Shown in pieces: positions 40,642-53,179 of a stretch of 64,000 nucleotides of DNA. Below the pieces are notes generated by a model. That model made no database searches and was not told where the DNA came from. It saw nothing but the letters and a program-made list of their open reading frames with translations. Position 1 is the first letter of the stretch, and every line of letters starts with the position of its first letter. Source of the DNA: Mizuhopecten yessoensis. Its lineage: Eukaryota. Where the stretch lies: contig NW_018406714.1 in the NCBI RefSeq assembly GCF_002113885.1, positions 90,958 through 154,957 of the forward strand. The letters are read 5' to 3'. Position numbers and translations under genes: made by a program.

Positions 40642-42848
40642 ATGACACGGATTTACAACAAAAAAACTAGGAGAGCGTTCCACACATCAAGAGCTGCATT
40701 GGGGAAGGCAAGGGAACTTGTTCAATTACACAAATATAGTGTCAGATCAGCAGCGTCCGAACGCGATATAGACCGCTCAACGTTGAAACGTTTAATTTTA
40801 AAGTCGAATATCAGTGTTGAAATTTCGATGGGATACAAGGGGCATAACCAAGTGTTTAGTGCTCATCAGGAGGATATTTTAGAGGGGTATCTCATGACGG
40901 CTTCAACGATATACTTTGGTATGACTCCAAAACACATGAGAGTTCGCTTACTAGTGTGCAGTTGCATACGATATTAGTATCCCGACATCTTGGGTAAGGA
41001 ATAAGTGCGCCGGTATGGATTGGTTTCATGTTTTATTTTAAAGACACAAGAGCCTTCTCGTCGGGACCCCTGAAGCAACCAGTCTTAGCCAAGAGACAAG
41101 TTTCAATAAAAAACAACGTTTCGGCCATCTTTACCAATCTTCGAGAGGTGTACGAGCGTCACAGATTTACGGCAAAGGATGTATGGAATGTAGATGAAAC
41201 TGGGGTCACCACTTTTCAGAAGCCCAGAAGAATAATAGTGGCAAAAGGAATTAAACAGGCGGGCGCCATGACATTGTCAGAAAGAGGTACACTGGTGACT
41301 GTTTGTGGCGCTGTGAATGGTGCCGGTAACTCAATGCCCCCTATTCTGATATTTCTAAGAAAAACATCCAAGACACATTATATCAGGGACGGACCAAACG
41401 GATGCACTTGTTCCACTCACAAGTGCGGATGGATGACATCTGACAATTTCCGAAAATTCCTGGAACAGTTTGTTAACCATACAAAACCGTCGGCGGAGAA
41501 ACCTGTCCTCTTACTCTTAGACAATCATCATTCTCACTTTAGCATTGCTATTTTTTCATTTGCAAAGGCTAGTGGTGTAATGCTTTCAATTCCAACTAAT
41601 GGCTCCAACAAACTGCAGTCTCCAGATGTTTCCGTTTATTGACCCCTGAAACGATGTGTGGATAAGGACGCACCCTGGAATGCCAATGACCATCTAAAAC
41701 CTCCCAGGAATCCTATGTGATACGTGGCCAATTGCAGATTAGAAGCAACAAGGATATTTCCCTTGAATCCCAACATATTCAACTGATAGACCAGCACAAG
41801 ACTGTGAAAGTACAGCAGAGACCATGTCGCGATGACGAGGTGATGTTCCTGACACTGGTGACAGCATCACACTACTTCCACAGTTCTATCGTCGATCCTT
41901 GTTCATATGCAGCATTTGGATAACGCCGGTAGAAATCCACCGGGAACAGAATCAGTACATGGAAATGCTTTCCTTGAAGAAAGAGGAAAGACCCAGGTGC
42001 AAGTGGCGGGAGATTGACATTGTATACTGCATGCAGTTGAAGTGTCAATTCAGTCAGAATCAAATATGAATGTTAATGCTTTCCAAATATGTGGACAACT
42101 TCTCAGAGAGATTTCGAAAAATGATGACTTTTATAACAACTTCATGATGGGCAACAGCAACGTTTTAGAAGAGCTTCGAAATTACATACAGCAAAAAAAA
42201 ACATAAAACACACAAAGACCTGGTACTGTCTGCTTGTTGTAATACATTTAACATTTCATCAGGGGTATACACAATTGGTCGCGATAGACTGGACGAGATT
42301 CGTCAGGATCCCCGAGGATCTCATGACCGGGTATCATTTGGAACCATCGTTCTTGTCTTGTCGGGAACGGGGTATCAATAGGAATCAACATACTCCACCT
42401 GAAGCTGATTAACCAAATGTTGGTCCTCAAAATTTTGACTCGCAATCAGACCGTCCGTTCGCGAAAACCATCTCAAGAAAGGGTGTATACAGGGGCCGAA
42501 GAAAGAGGGGGAATGCCATATTGACTGACACTTCTGAACTTAAAATCATTGAGGAGGAACCATTTAAAAAAAAAAGAAGGAAAGACATCAACATGAAAAC
42601 AAAAGTATGAAAAGACTAAAGAAAAAGGCACACAAGGAAAAGAAAGACATTACCATGATAAAAGAGGACCTCGACGATGACGATTGCTTCTGTATATTTT
42701 TGTCTCGAGTCGTATGGCAACAGTAAGCCAAACGAAGCATGGATCCAATGTATTACTTCCAAGTGGTGGTCCCACCCACGAGGAATGTACAGACGGCACA
42801 TCGATGTACATTTGCCAAAACTGCGAGTCTGATGATGATATATTGTGA
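40642..42848 (+). pseudogene. Decayed pogo/Tigger-family (HTH + DDE_1) transposase with OTU-like insert and C-terminal PHD-like finger
   Basis: Acceptor TTTCAACAG at 40635 then ATG at 40642; HTH YSVRSAASERDIDRSTLKR; QVFSAHQEDIL...FGMTPK; DDE motifs WNVDETG, LLLDNH, LQSPDV; IFPLNPNIF/TDRP; RPFAK...AILTDT; C-terminal WIQC...YICQNCESDDDIL*. Several frameshifts and stops. Confidence 0.88.
41960..42385 (+). pseudogene. OTU-like cysteine protease (deubiquitinase) domain remnant within the pogo transposase
   Basis: FLEERGKTQVQVAGD*HCILHAVEVSI (TGA at 42015-42017 where GDGHC needs GGA), then ELRNYIQQK / DLVLSACCNTFNI...IVLVLSG; catalytic His not visible. Confidence 0.65.
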
Positions 42849-44120
42849 AGACGAACACTGTTCATTATATATAGTATATGTCACATGAGTTGGCCTCGTG
42901 ACCATGTCATTCATCTACTATTGTATTACATCCCATGTCATATCTACCCTCGACCTAATTAAATTAACTTTTCTATTTGAGCTGTATATGTTAATTTTAG
43001 AAAGTAAGCAAGAATAACAGTATACATTTGGGTATTGATGAATGATAGTCATGTGCATAGCCACTCTTCGAAAACCGGTATATGAAATTACATGAAGTTC
43101 GTTGCTTCCACTGAATTTGCCTTGTCCAGTTTTGGACATGATTGACAACTATAGATAGTTCAATATTTATACCGGAATACAAAAGAAACAAGCAACAAAT
43201 GATAACATGTATTTCTAATTTGCCAAGTAAAATATATACCAAATCACACCATCACTGCTTACAGACTACATGACCACTGTCTTAAGCTGTCTGTACGATG
43301 ATCAATGCTCTTATATGCTTGCGATATCAGAGGAGAATATTTGAATTTTACTAATTTTGTAGTATGAATTTAAAATAGGTTATTTTAAACTGTCAATTTG
43401 TACTGTGGGATCACTGATTCGAATCCCCTTCCTTCTAACTTGTTACAGTACAATACTCACTGAAAAGCTACATACATTTATAAGACCATCTCTTTACCAT
43501 ACTATTTATTTTTAGCATTATTTCGGTAGAGTTGTTACATGAGAGCTTATATCACCCTACTGTGTTGAAATTTGCTGTACTTTTTATTTCCTTCACAGCG
43601 CACCTAAATTTATGTTAGGCCTTAATGTACTTGGAAACAGGGATAAGCTTGATTATGATATTATCGTAATTAATGTAAATTGAAAACGTAGCCAAGAATT
43701 TGTGTGGGGAAAGCAGTAACCTTGAAATACTGTGTCAGGTAGTAACATTCAGTCTGATATAAAATTAATAATCATAACACCTACTTGACATGCTGCAGGA
43801 AACACTGAAATCAATTATAAGCATTCGAGGATGTTTCTATTTTTAGACATACACTGTACGAGAGAATAGTTTAGTTTCATTATATGCTAATCCAGGAAAA
43901 CATCGTAAACACGTTCTAGATTTTTGCTGAGGATATGATCGTGACAGGTTTCACTCATTTTGTATGTTTGTTTGAGGGGTCCGTTTCACTACCAAGTAGT
44001 TCGGTTATCCATTAGGCGATAACCCAAACGTAACCTGAATCAGGAACACTTTAAAACATAAATGGCAGACTTGCAAATGTTAATGCAGGCCATACAGTCT
44101 TTTTCAATGCTTACACAAAT

Positions 44121-44425
44121 TGATCTCTAGAGTCAAGTCAAATATCTATAACGTTTAAATGGCATCTGTGTGTGGTAATTGATCTCTAGAAATTAACCAG
44201 TTATCTAAAACGTTTAAATGGTATCGGCGTGTGGTAATTGATCAAAAGAGACTACTAGTTATGTATAACGTTTAAATGGCATCTGTATGTGGTAATTGAT
44301 CTAAAGAGATTACCATTTGTCTTTAACGTTTAAATGGCATCTGTATGTGGTAATTGATCTATAGAGACTACTAGTTATGTATAACGTTTAAATGGTATCT
44401 GTGTTTGGTAATTTATCTATAGAGA
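44121..44425. repeat. 58-59 bp minisatellite, about 5 copies
   Basis: Units starting TGATC at ~44121, 44180, 44239, 44297, 44355, each with AACGTTTAAATGG(C/T)ATC.G..TGTGGTAAT. Confidence 0.95.
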
Positions 44426-47400
44426 AGCCTGTGCACAGTAGTCAGGAAGGGGGTAGCAAATGCGCTGTGAGAGCAGATGCGCTGCCCTGAGACAGGCCAG
44501 TGTTCGTGGATCGCCACTGCCCAATAGTAGCCAGTGTGTTGCCCGGATAAAAGCCAGTGTGCGAGGTTAGCCACTGCGTAATAGTAGGGCATTAGTAAAG
44601 CCTGTGTACATTTGTTAGGTCGTTTGTGGTTTTGTAGAGTGCCGTGGCAGGTAGCCCGACACTGTGTTGCTATCTTTGTTTTGTGATTTGGTTTTCTGTG
44701 GTTCGCTGCATTAGAATAATTTGTAAATATTACTTATTCTTGTCTGATTAGGATAGGGTCTGCAGTGGTCTAATTATTTAATTTTAGGTCGCATCTAAGT
44801 TCGCCACAGCAAACAGGGTTGAGCTACCATTATAGGCACAACATATCCCGGGAGACACTTGCGTCTCTAAGTCCAAAGTTAAGCTAAGTGATTGGCAGAA
44901 AGTATAAGAGAACAAAAGTCATCCCTAAAACGTAGTGTTGGTAAGTGGTGACACAACAACTCTGCATTTACCCACTCCCCGCCATTTAAAATTTGGCGCT
45001 TATCAACAACGCGTAAGGATCTGACGGGACGTTTATTAAATGATTACATAAAGATAGTAATTTGGCATATTTTATTATAGATATAAACTAAAACACTTAC
45101 TTTATTTAAGTAAGTAATTATAGGATGTTAATGATGAGTTTGTTCACCTAATTAAAATATTTGCAGAGGGTTGTCTAGATATGATAGTGTAAAAGGTCCA
45201 GATCAAGTATTGTCAGCCTGATGTGTCGCTTCACGTTCCAGGAAAGTGTTTCGTGAAAAAGCACTCGTGAAAGATATCAAAATATTAGCCACACTCATGA
45301 AATACATTTTGTATAACTGAAAACACTGTTAGATGTCCTCTATTTTCTTTTCAAAAATAATTTATCAAAGCTATATTCACGCCAGCAAAACAATTTTTAA
45401 TGCGCAGTTACAGTTTTTGGCAATAGTACGGGCACAATAAAGGCCATATGCATGATTTCTAAGTGAACATAAATTACCATTTCTAGAAATATGAATAAAC
45501 CTGTAAATCTTATGAAATGGTAAACGTTTTATTTTCTACTCTTGTATTACAAGATCAAAACAGCTAGCAAATTAGACTCGGCTAAGCGTACCTAAAAGGA
45601 GTAAAAAGATTGAAGAGAGAACACCTCAGATTAGAATTAGATATGAAAACGTGGGAATTTTTAAAAAGAATACTGTCAGAGTACAGTCTATCCTGGGTTT
45701 TAGATACGTCACTGTCTAGGTGTGACACCAGTGATTATCATCAAGTGTTGTGCATAGGAAATGGCCATGTTATCCCATTACGCAGAGGCGGATCGAAGGG
45801 GGTGTCACCAACGCACATGCCACCAGCGTGCCATTGCCTTACGTTTGCAAGAAGGACAATACACATCACATTTGAATGGTTTCAAATGGGGTAGCTTTGA
45901 TCAAAGGTCACATAAATAAATGAAAATGAACATTAAGCAAACATACATTTACATTTTGTAGGAGTTATCATTTGAGCTTCATTATTCATGGTAATTCATA
46001 GTTTTCACACCAAACTTGATATATATGAGTAACTCTACGGTAATATGATCATATCCTGCTCACTGACAGTACAACTTGATAAAGGTGATGATAATTTGAC
46101 ATTGACATTTTTAGATAATGTTAAGATTTTTTTTTTTTTTTTTAAGTCGATGATGTTTTCTTGCACGATAGATTAGCAAGTAGTTATGTACACTGTGATA
46201 TACTTATTTACTAGACACCAAAATAAGATCGTATGTGTCTTAATAAAATTGAAATAAATAAACAAAATTAGAATAAGACATTGTGATGATTCATTCCACT
46301 TGGGCATTTTACTAATATAAAGAAAACATCATCAAAGCGCGATAGAATACAAAGAGGACACTCATAAGTCTAACATCACTTTTGTTTCTTCAGTTGTTGT
46401 AACGACCTGTCACTGTTCACTATATCATGACAGGTAACATAACTTACGCACACATGTATTTTACAGATAATGAATGGTGATTAAAACTGCTGTGTTTTTG
46501 ATACCAAACATACGTGATTAATGAACTGTAATGAATCATTTCACTTTCACCAGTAAACGCAATGCTTTCAAATTTACGTTATAATCAAATGTAAAAAAAG
46601 ATGGAATGGTGAAGCTTTGTTTACAGTACACAAACACCCAATGGTTAGTATATATAGGTCCAGCGTCCATCACTCATCAGGTCGACCAAATCTATGAATA
46701 CTTGTCCTTGTAAGGCGTCACATAATATAGTCAGTCTTTCAAGGAAGTGAAATAGGTGGATTATCCAGGCTCCATTGGATTACGTGATTGGGAATATTAA
46801 CAGCTATGTTAATATCAATTTCATAAAACAATATTTAAAATGATACTGTTCAAAACCCGTTTTATTTAAAACTAGCAACGATGCATACATTGGTAATATC
46901 ATACGAATGCAGTTTTCGCTTCCAAAACCCACCACCTGTCCCATCCGTCATTGTCACTATTGGGATTCATCCATGTTAGTTTCGAGATATGTCTAATCTC
47001 AGTGCCAGGATCTGTCAGTGTCAGTGTCATGATCAGTCAATTTAAGTGTAGGTTTCCGATAATGTCAATGTCAATATCCATTTAAGTGCAAGGATCCTCT
47101 CTTGTAATAGTTTTCACCCTCGTTAAGACACGACAAGCGCTTTCATCCGGGACAAGAAGTGTTACATTGTATTAATATCAGTTTATATAACTTGTTTTAC
47201 AAATGTTGTAAAATACGTTAAGTGTATTTTTTAATCTTTCAATGTCAGTGTCTGGTTCAACAAATATACAAAAAGGATCCGCAGATGTTATTGCCAGGAT
47301 TAGTTAATGTCAGTGTCGGGATCCGCCAATATAAAGTTTCGAAATCCGAAAATATTAATGTGTGGAGTTGGCATTTTCATAATCGAGATCCGTCAATGCT

Positions 47401-47868
47401 AGTGTCAGAATCTGTCGATAGGAGTGTTGGGATGCGTCAACGTCATTGTTGGGATCTTGAAAGGTGAATGTCGGGATCCGCCGATATTAGTGTTGGGATC
47501 CGTCAATATACGTGTCGGTAACCAATGTCAGTGCTAAGGTCCGTTAACATAAGTGTCGGGATCCGCTTATATACATGTAAGTATAAGGATCCGTCAATGT
47601 CAGTATTGGGATCCGCCAATGATAGTGGCGGTAATCAACGTTGTCAGTGTTCAGATATTCCAATGTCTGTTAAGTCTCTAGATCCATCAATAATATGAAA
47701 AGGCAAAGCCTTAAAAGAGCGAAGCTTTTGTTGATCTCTGATATTTACTAATTCAGAATGAGATAATACTGCTTTCAGAATGAGGTAAGATAAAATTTAT
47801 TTAAAGTCGGCTAGTCAAGGGATAACAATAAAACATAAACTCTAATGAAATTAAGACCGACATAACAA

Positions 47869-48518
47869 TAGGGGAGATCGGGGCAAATTCGGCCCATTTT
47901 TAAAGTCCGTTTTGGGAAACTTGTATTGCCGCACGTCCGTTTTTGAACATTATTTAATTTTCCCTGTCGAATGATCGGATGGCCGAACGAGCCTCGCCAT
48001 GGGATAAGTTCGGACAGGCATTCAGGTAAATTCGGCCCCATTGGAATTAGCTTAATTATGACGTTATAAAGCATGCAACGTCAGATTTTACCACCAATTT
48101 TACAACTTTTTATGTGTTACATGGGCCGAACTTGCCACGGTATCATTGGCCTAAACTGTCCGGGCCCAAATTGATATTTCAATAAATTCTTATCGTACAG
48201 CAATATGGTAGTTAGTGCTTGGCTTGGCTTGGCTTTTATGTATATCATTTGAAGTTGTCAGTGTGTTACACGTTTGACCGTAAAACAGTAGCAATTCCGT
48301 TTAAAGAAAGTTCGCATAAATAGAAGCGAGATCATGATTATCTTTCTACCCTCTCAAAAGTAATTTTCTCCTGTTTAGTAATTTTAAATTAGAGTTTTCC
48401 TCGCCATTTTTTCGTGTGAATGCCCAGCCAACTAAACTGCTAAGATCTTTAAAGTTGTAAATATTAGCTCAAAAACAAAAAATATCAGGGGTGGCCGAAC
48501 TTGCCCCGGTCTCCCGTA
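47869..48518. mobile_element. Tc1/mariner-pogo-type MITE with TA ends
   Basis: Left TA-GGGGAGATCGGGGCAAATTCGGCC; right end reverse-complements to TA-CGGGAGACCGGGGCAAGTTCGGCC; internal copies of GGCCGAAC/TTCGGCC. Confidence 0.85.
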
Positions 48519-48638
48519 TGTAGATAGTTTAATATCGTTGATGATTGGTAAAAATGTATTCGCAATATAATTCTTGCATCAATGACGCCATTTTCAAAGC
48601 TAAAGTAGATATTTGTTCTTGTGCGTAACGTATATGAT

Positions 48639-48703
48639 GGGTCGGGTGGCGCAGTGGATAGCGCGCTCGTCTTCACCAAGATGACCGGATTCAATTCCGG
48701 TTA
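48639..48703 (+). mobile_element. tRNA-derived SINE head, truncated
   Basis: A box TGGCGCAGTGG and B box GGATTCAATTCC; too short and imperfect for a tRNA gene. Confidence 0.6.
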
Positions 48704-48704
48704 C

Positions 48705-48780
48705 TAGTCCGAATTATTCTGACGTTTTATCGACTTTTTTTCATATCGGTCTGTCGACGACAGACCGATATGTCGTCGAC
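48705..48780. mobile_element. Deleted copy of the 25575-25804 MITE
   Basis: TAGTCCGAATTATTCTGACGTTTTATCGAC... left arm joined directly to the right-arm sequence GACAGACCGATATG. Confidence 0.85.
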
Positions 48781-51700
48781 AATATCACTGGCAGGATCCG
48801 TCATTATCAGTCGCGTGATCCTCTTATCTCAGAGCCAGGATATGTCAGCGTCAGTGTCATGATCAGTCAATTTAAGTGTAGGTATCCGATCATGTCAATG
48901 TCAAGATCCATTTAAGTGCCAGGCTCCCTCATTGTAATAACTGGGATCCGTCATTGTCAGTGTCCCAATAATGTCAATGTCAGCATCCGTCAATCTACGT
49001 GCCAGGATTCGTGGATGTGAGTTTCGGGATCTGTCATTAGAAATTTAGAAATTCGTCGATGTCAGTGTCGGTAGATGCCAACGTCAGTGTCGGGATCAGT
49101 CAATATAAATGTCAGAGGAACCCTTTAATGTCAATGTAGGGATCCGTCAAGTGTCGAGATTCGGCAATGCATCAGGATCAGTAAATGTAAGTGCCAGGAT
49201 CCACCAATGCTAGTGTCGAGATGAGCGGATATCAGTGCCTGAACACGTAAATGGCCTCTGCAGTAGTATGATGTGCATGCATATTCGTTATTATGTTCAG
49301 ATAATTAAGCGCTTTGTCGTTTTGTGATGTCAGGTTTTATGCACAAGTAAATATTTCAGTAACGAACTGTTGTCGTCACATGCCTGTGCGTTAAAGCACA
49401 CATGAAATAGAGTCTAAAGAGATACGCAAATCAAACAAACAACATTTGTGCACATTAGCGCATTAATTAAAACACGACATACTATCTCTCTTATCTAGTG
49501 ATGATTCCATGGAACCGACTGATGGAAAGTAACATCAACATGTAGTTAAGATCGTCCGTAATTAGCTGTTACGGTGTTAAACTTAACTTACATCTCTCGA
49601 AATTGTCAGAGAAACAAATATCGGCGTATGTTAGAATCCACAAAATATAAAAGGTGTCAATATTCACTATTTACAAAACAGGTAATACTTTATTACATTT
49701 TAAACAAGAAATATTAAAAATCAATTATTCTAAAAAAAGTATATTTGTCAAAACACGGATTGCAAACTACTATTAAATATGACAAGCCAGACATAAATTC
49801 AAGCGGCGTAAGTGTTTAAAGCCTGGTTAGCTGAACAACACGCAGGCCGCGAGAAAATCCTTTCTTATTTTTATTATTACAAGCTTACCAAAACATAATA
49901 TATATAATACTGTCCTTTATCTGCAACAACATCTTCACTATAAAATTAAATAAATAATAAGCGGACAGGCTTATGTATTCATTTGTTTTTATGATATATT
50001 GCCATCAAGTAACCATGGAACCGACTGATGGAAAGTAACATATTTCAGTACGATCAAATTGAAGAATTATTCATTGATATTTCAATTTCTACTCCAGTTC
50101 GACTCGATGCAACTACCAAATATTACCTGTTGCATTTACCGATGAAATTGATAAGATTAACATTGCCAATGCGTATTAAAACATATTTGTCAGATTTTGC
50201 GAAGGTAAATAACTATTGACATTTTTAAACAAAGAAGAAATTTAGCGGTTCTCAACTTTGAGCTAAGACAAATATGGCTGCCGTAGACTCGCATATGAGC
50301 CTGCGCTCCGCGTCTAGACATTATTTTCCCTCAAAGACGCGACAGAAAATTGAATAGCTAAACGTATAAATCAATCAACACATAAACAAAATTTAAGATA
50401 TTTTTTTCTGCTTTGTTTCTTCATAATTTGGCTGTATTGAACTAAGCGCACAACATCATTTTGTTCATGGTCCTTTCAAGATGGACTGTACTTTTTACAT
50501 AACGTCAATACGTAGACGACTTGCACAAGCTCCAAAATCTGGGACCAACTATGAACTTTCCCAAGTTCAATTTATTGCGAAACACATGTTAATTAAAACA
50601 ACTGCTTCAAATTTGTTTCAAGACCAACTGAATTCATCACTCAATGAAATCGACCACAGCAAGGTTCAATCATTAATTGAAACATTTGTCGACACTTTGC
50701 TTGTTTTAGCCTTAACATGACAGAGGCGTCTACAGAATTATAGAACGTCCGCATTTAAGATTGTATAGTTTTTTGCATCTGTCGTCATCACTATTGTGTG
50801 TTAACATTGCAGTCAGCATCCAAAATGTGTCCAAAATAAGCTATTTTCTTTAATGCCTTGCTATATTTTCTTGTTAACAAAAAGAAGATCGCTTTGATAT
50901 TTAAGCAGTCGTGATAAAATAATTTCATTTAAAGTCATTATAGGCAGACAAAAAGCCGTTATAGGCAAATAAATAGCTAATGATTGGGCTGGACGTACGG
51001 GTACATACACGATTGTGTTTGTTCCCTCATGCCAAGCAAGCAACTTTTTGGTTGAAGGGTTGGAATCGCAAATGCATATATGTCTTTCCACCCTTAATGC
51101 ACTTGTGCTAGCCTATGTGTATCAGCTATTTTATACGTAAATCATATATACAGTGTATGGTTGGTTGTCTCTACCCTTTTCATTCACATGTTATGACGTA
51201 GAGACAAAATCCTAAGGAATCAGCAGTACGTACCAGAAAGCTATCATAGAAGCATGAGTCTATTTTTTATTTTATGCCAAGCGAGCTATGGCCAAAGAGT
51301 TGAGATCTCATGATTTGATCTAGACATGAAGCCCCTATGCATGTAGCCCGATTCTCTTCATTCAATTTATGAACAGCTAGGTATATGGTTATTTGGTGGT
51401 GACCCAAAATGTTTTCGAACAGGGCAGACTCATACCCTATTGCTCCAAGAAATATAGGAGTTTTTCTTTATAGAACGCTTTTAAACAAACGGGCTTAACG
51501 CCGAAAATAGAGGAGGTAACTCAACTTCTTATATTTTGTTTTAAGGGTTCTATGTGAAAAATATCAATCAAATCAATGCATTAGTTTAGAATGATTAGAG
51601 CAAGCAATGCATCTAAAAAAAGGAATGTAATTTAATAAATTTGGGAGACAACTCCATTTGATGTTTTCAAAAATGTATGCCATTCAATTAAAGTATTGTT

Positions 51701-52616
51701 TATATCAAGTATCGTTTAAATAGTTGAAGTACGTGCTCTTCAATTCATATTCTTATTCATATCCGTTTTATCAACAGACAGGTTGACAGATAGATGCATG
51801 GACAGACAGACAACCCAACTGAATTATAACCCCTCTCCTATATTATACATTAGTTAGTCTTGTGGTAGGGAAACACAATTCACAAGGGCCCAGCCCGAGT
51901 GAAACATGATTTATAGAGGGACAATAAAGAAGCGCTCGTCCCTAATGCAAGAGCAAAACATTATTTTATTATACTTATATAGAAAAATAACAGTGAAGAT
52001 AATCAGGCGTATGCAACATTGTTGTCATTTGTTTCAGCGACTCGGAACTCAGAAGTGGTACCTATAGCTGATCTTTCTAGAGAGGCTCCATATAAGGGGA
52101 ATCTGTCTGGAGATACACAAACAGTCAATGACAACGTCATATTTTATTTCTCCGTCATGTGATCAACAAAACCAAATCAGACATGTTATTACACAAATGA
52201 CGTATTATAATATCTTTATTGTCTTCCTCTCCTTTCTCGTCCCTTTTAAGAGTAACCTCCTCCATTTATTATTGTTTATTATACCTCAACTTTATTTACT
52301 CTATATAAAAGTAATTGGTTAAATCGAATATATCCCCACTTTTGCCTGACTGTGTTTTAGTCCTGTGTGTTAGTCTGGGAACTAAAACACACCTACACTC
52401 GGGTGTTTCCGCCGAGCCAATCAGGCGAGAGGTGGGCGGAGCTTGTTACCGAACTCGTAGGCGACGCACAAGGTGGGCGGAGCTTGCTACCGAACTCGGA
52501 AGCATTTGACTCCATTGCCATCAAAGGGGTAGTTGGGTTGTGAAGCTATACAGCTTATGGTTTACAAATATTTTCAAGTTAAAACTATTTCTGCAGTGTG
52601 TATCGGTATAATAAAA

Positions 52617-52759
52617 CGGTTAAAGTATGGGATTGAGGGATATATCAAGTTTCTGGTGTCCCAAGACCAGGTATATTTCCCGAGGCGAAGCCGAGGGAAA
52701 TAGGCATGGTCAAGGGACACCAGAAACTTGCTATATCCCTCAACCCCATACTTTAACTG
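52617..52759. mobile_element. Long palindromic element with central CCCGAGGCGAAGCCGAGGG (Crypton-like non-autonomous)
   Basis: About 65-bp arms (GTTAAAGTATGGG.TTGAGGGATATA.CAAGTTTCTGGTGTCCC...) in inverted orientation; GTATAATAAAAC directly repeated on both sides. Confidence 0.75.
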
Positions 52760-52900
52760 TATAATAAAACATCACCACAAATCACACAAAAGAAATGAAC
52801 AGAAATTAAATAAGGTTTGTAGAAGTTCATATTGGAAATTGTTTATCAAAGGTATAATAAACATCAACATTGCTTACAGTTGCGTATGTAATGAATGTAT

Positions 52901-53045
52901 TGTAGCGGAACTGGACTGGGTCGATCGTTGGGAACCAGATTGCTCATTTGGTAGAGCGTCTGCCTATATTTAGGAGGGTGCCGGGTTTAAATCCCTGTCA
53001 GGTCGTGTATTTTCTCCACTCCTGTTACATTGGTGCCTGTGACCA
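52901..53045 (+). mobile_element. Short LTR (129 bp, TG...CA) containing tRNA-like A/B boxes, followed by a tRNA-His-type PBS (Ajax-like)
   Basis: TGTAGCGGA (52901)...TCCTGTTACA (53029) imperfect inverted ends; A box TGCTCATTTGGTAGAGCG, B box GGGTTTAAATCCC; TGGTGCCTGTGACC immediately downstream. Confidence 0.7.
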
Positions 53046-53179
53046 ATCCTTGTTTCAAAGCATTACGGGATACCGGATACCAGAGAAAAAGTAAGTTCAC
53101 AGTTGTGTGCAATCTGATTGAGTTGTGTAACGCATCAATGCGTGTGTACTCATGTTATTCCTCCACCACCGAAACATGA

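Larger units (their letters stand above)
46935..49245. repeat. Degenerate ~22-26 bp GTCAGTGTCGGGATCCGTCAAT satellite, interrupted by insertions at ~47700-48785
   Basis: Many GGATCCG/TGTCAGTG units at 46935-47690 and 48790-49245; a ~110-bp block at ~46997-47109 is duplicated at ~48828-48939. Confidence 0.8.

Noticed and set aside
40000-40645. Long Pro/Ser/His-rich ORFs (325, 179, 116 aa)
   Set aside because: Translations of the 21-bp minisatellite; only the part from ATG 40642 is transposase.
48639-48703. tRNA gene
   Set aside because: A/B boxes present but no complete cloverleaf or acceptor stem; SINE head more likely. The same applies to 52935-53000.
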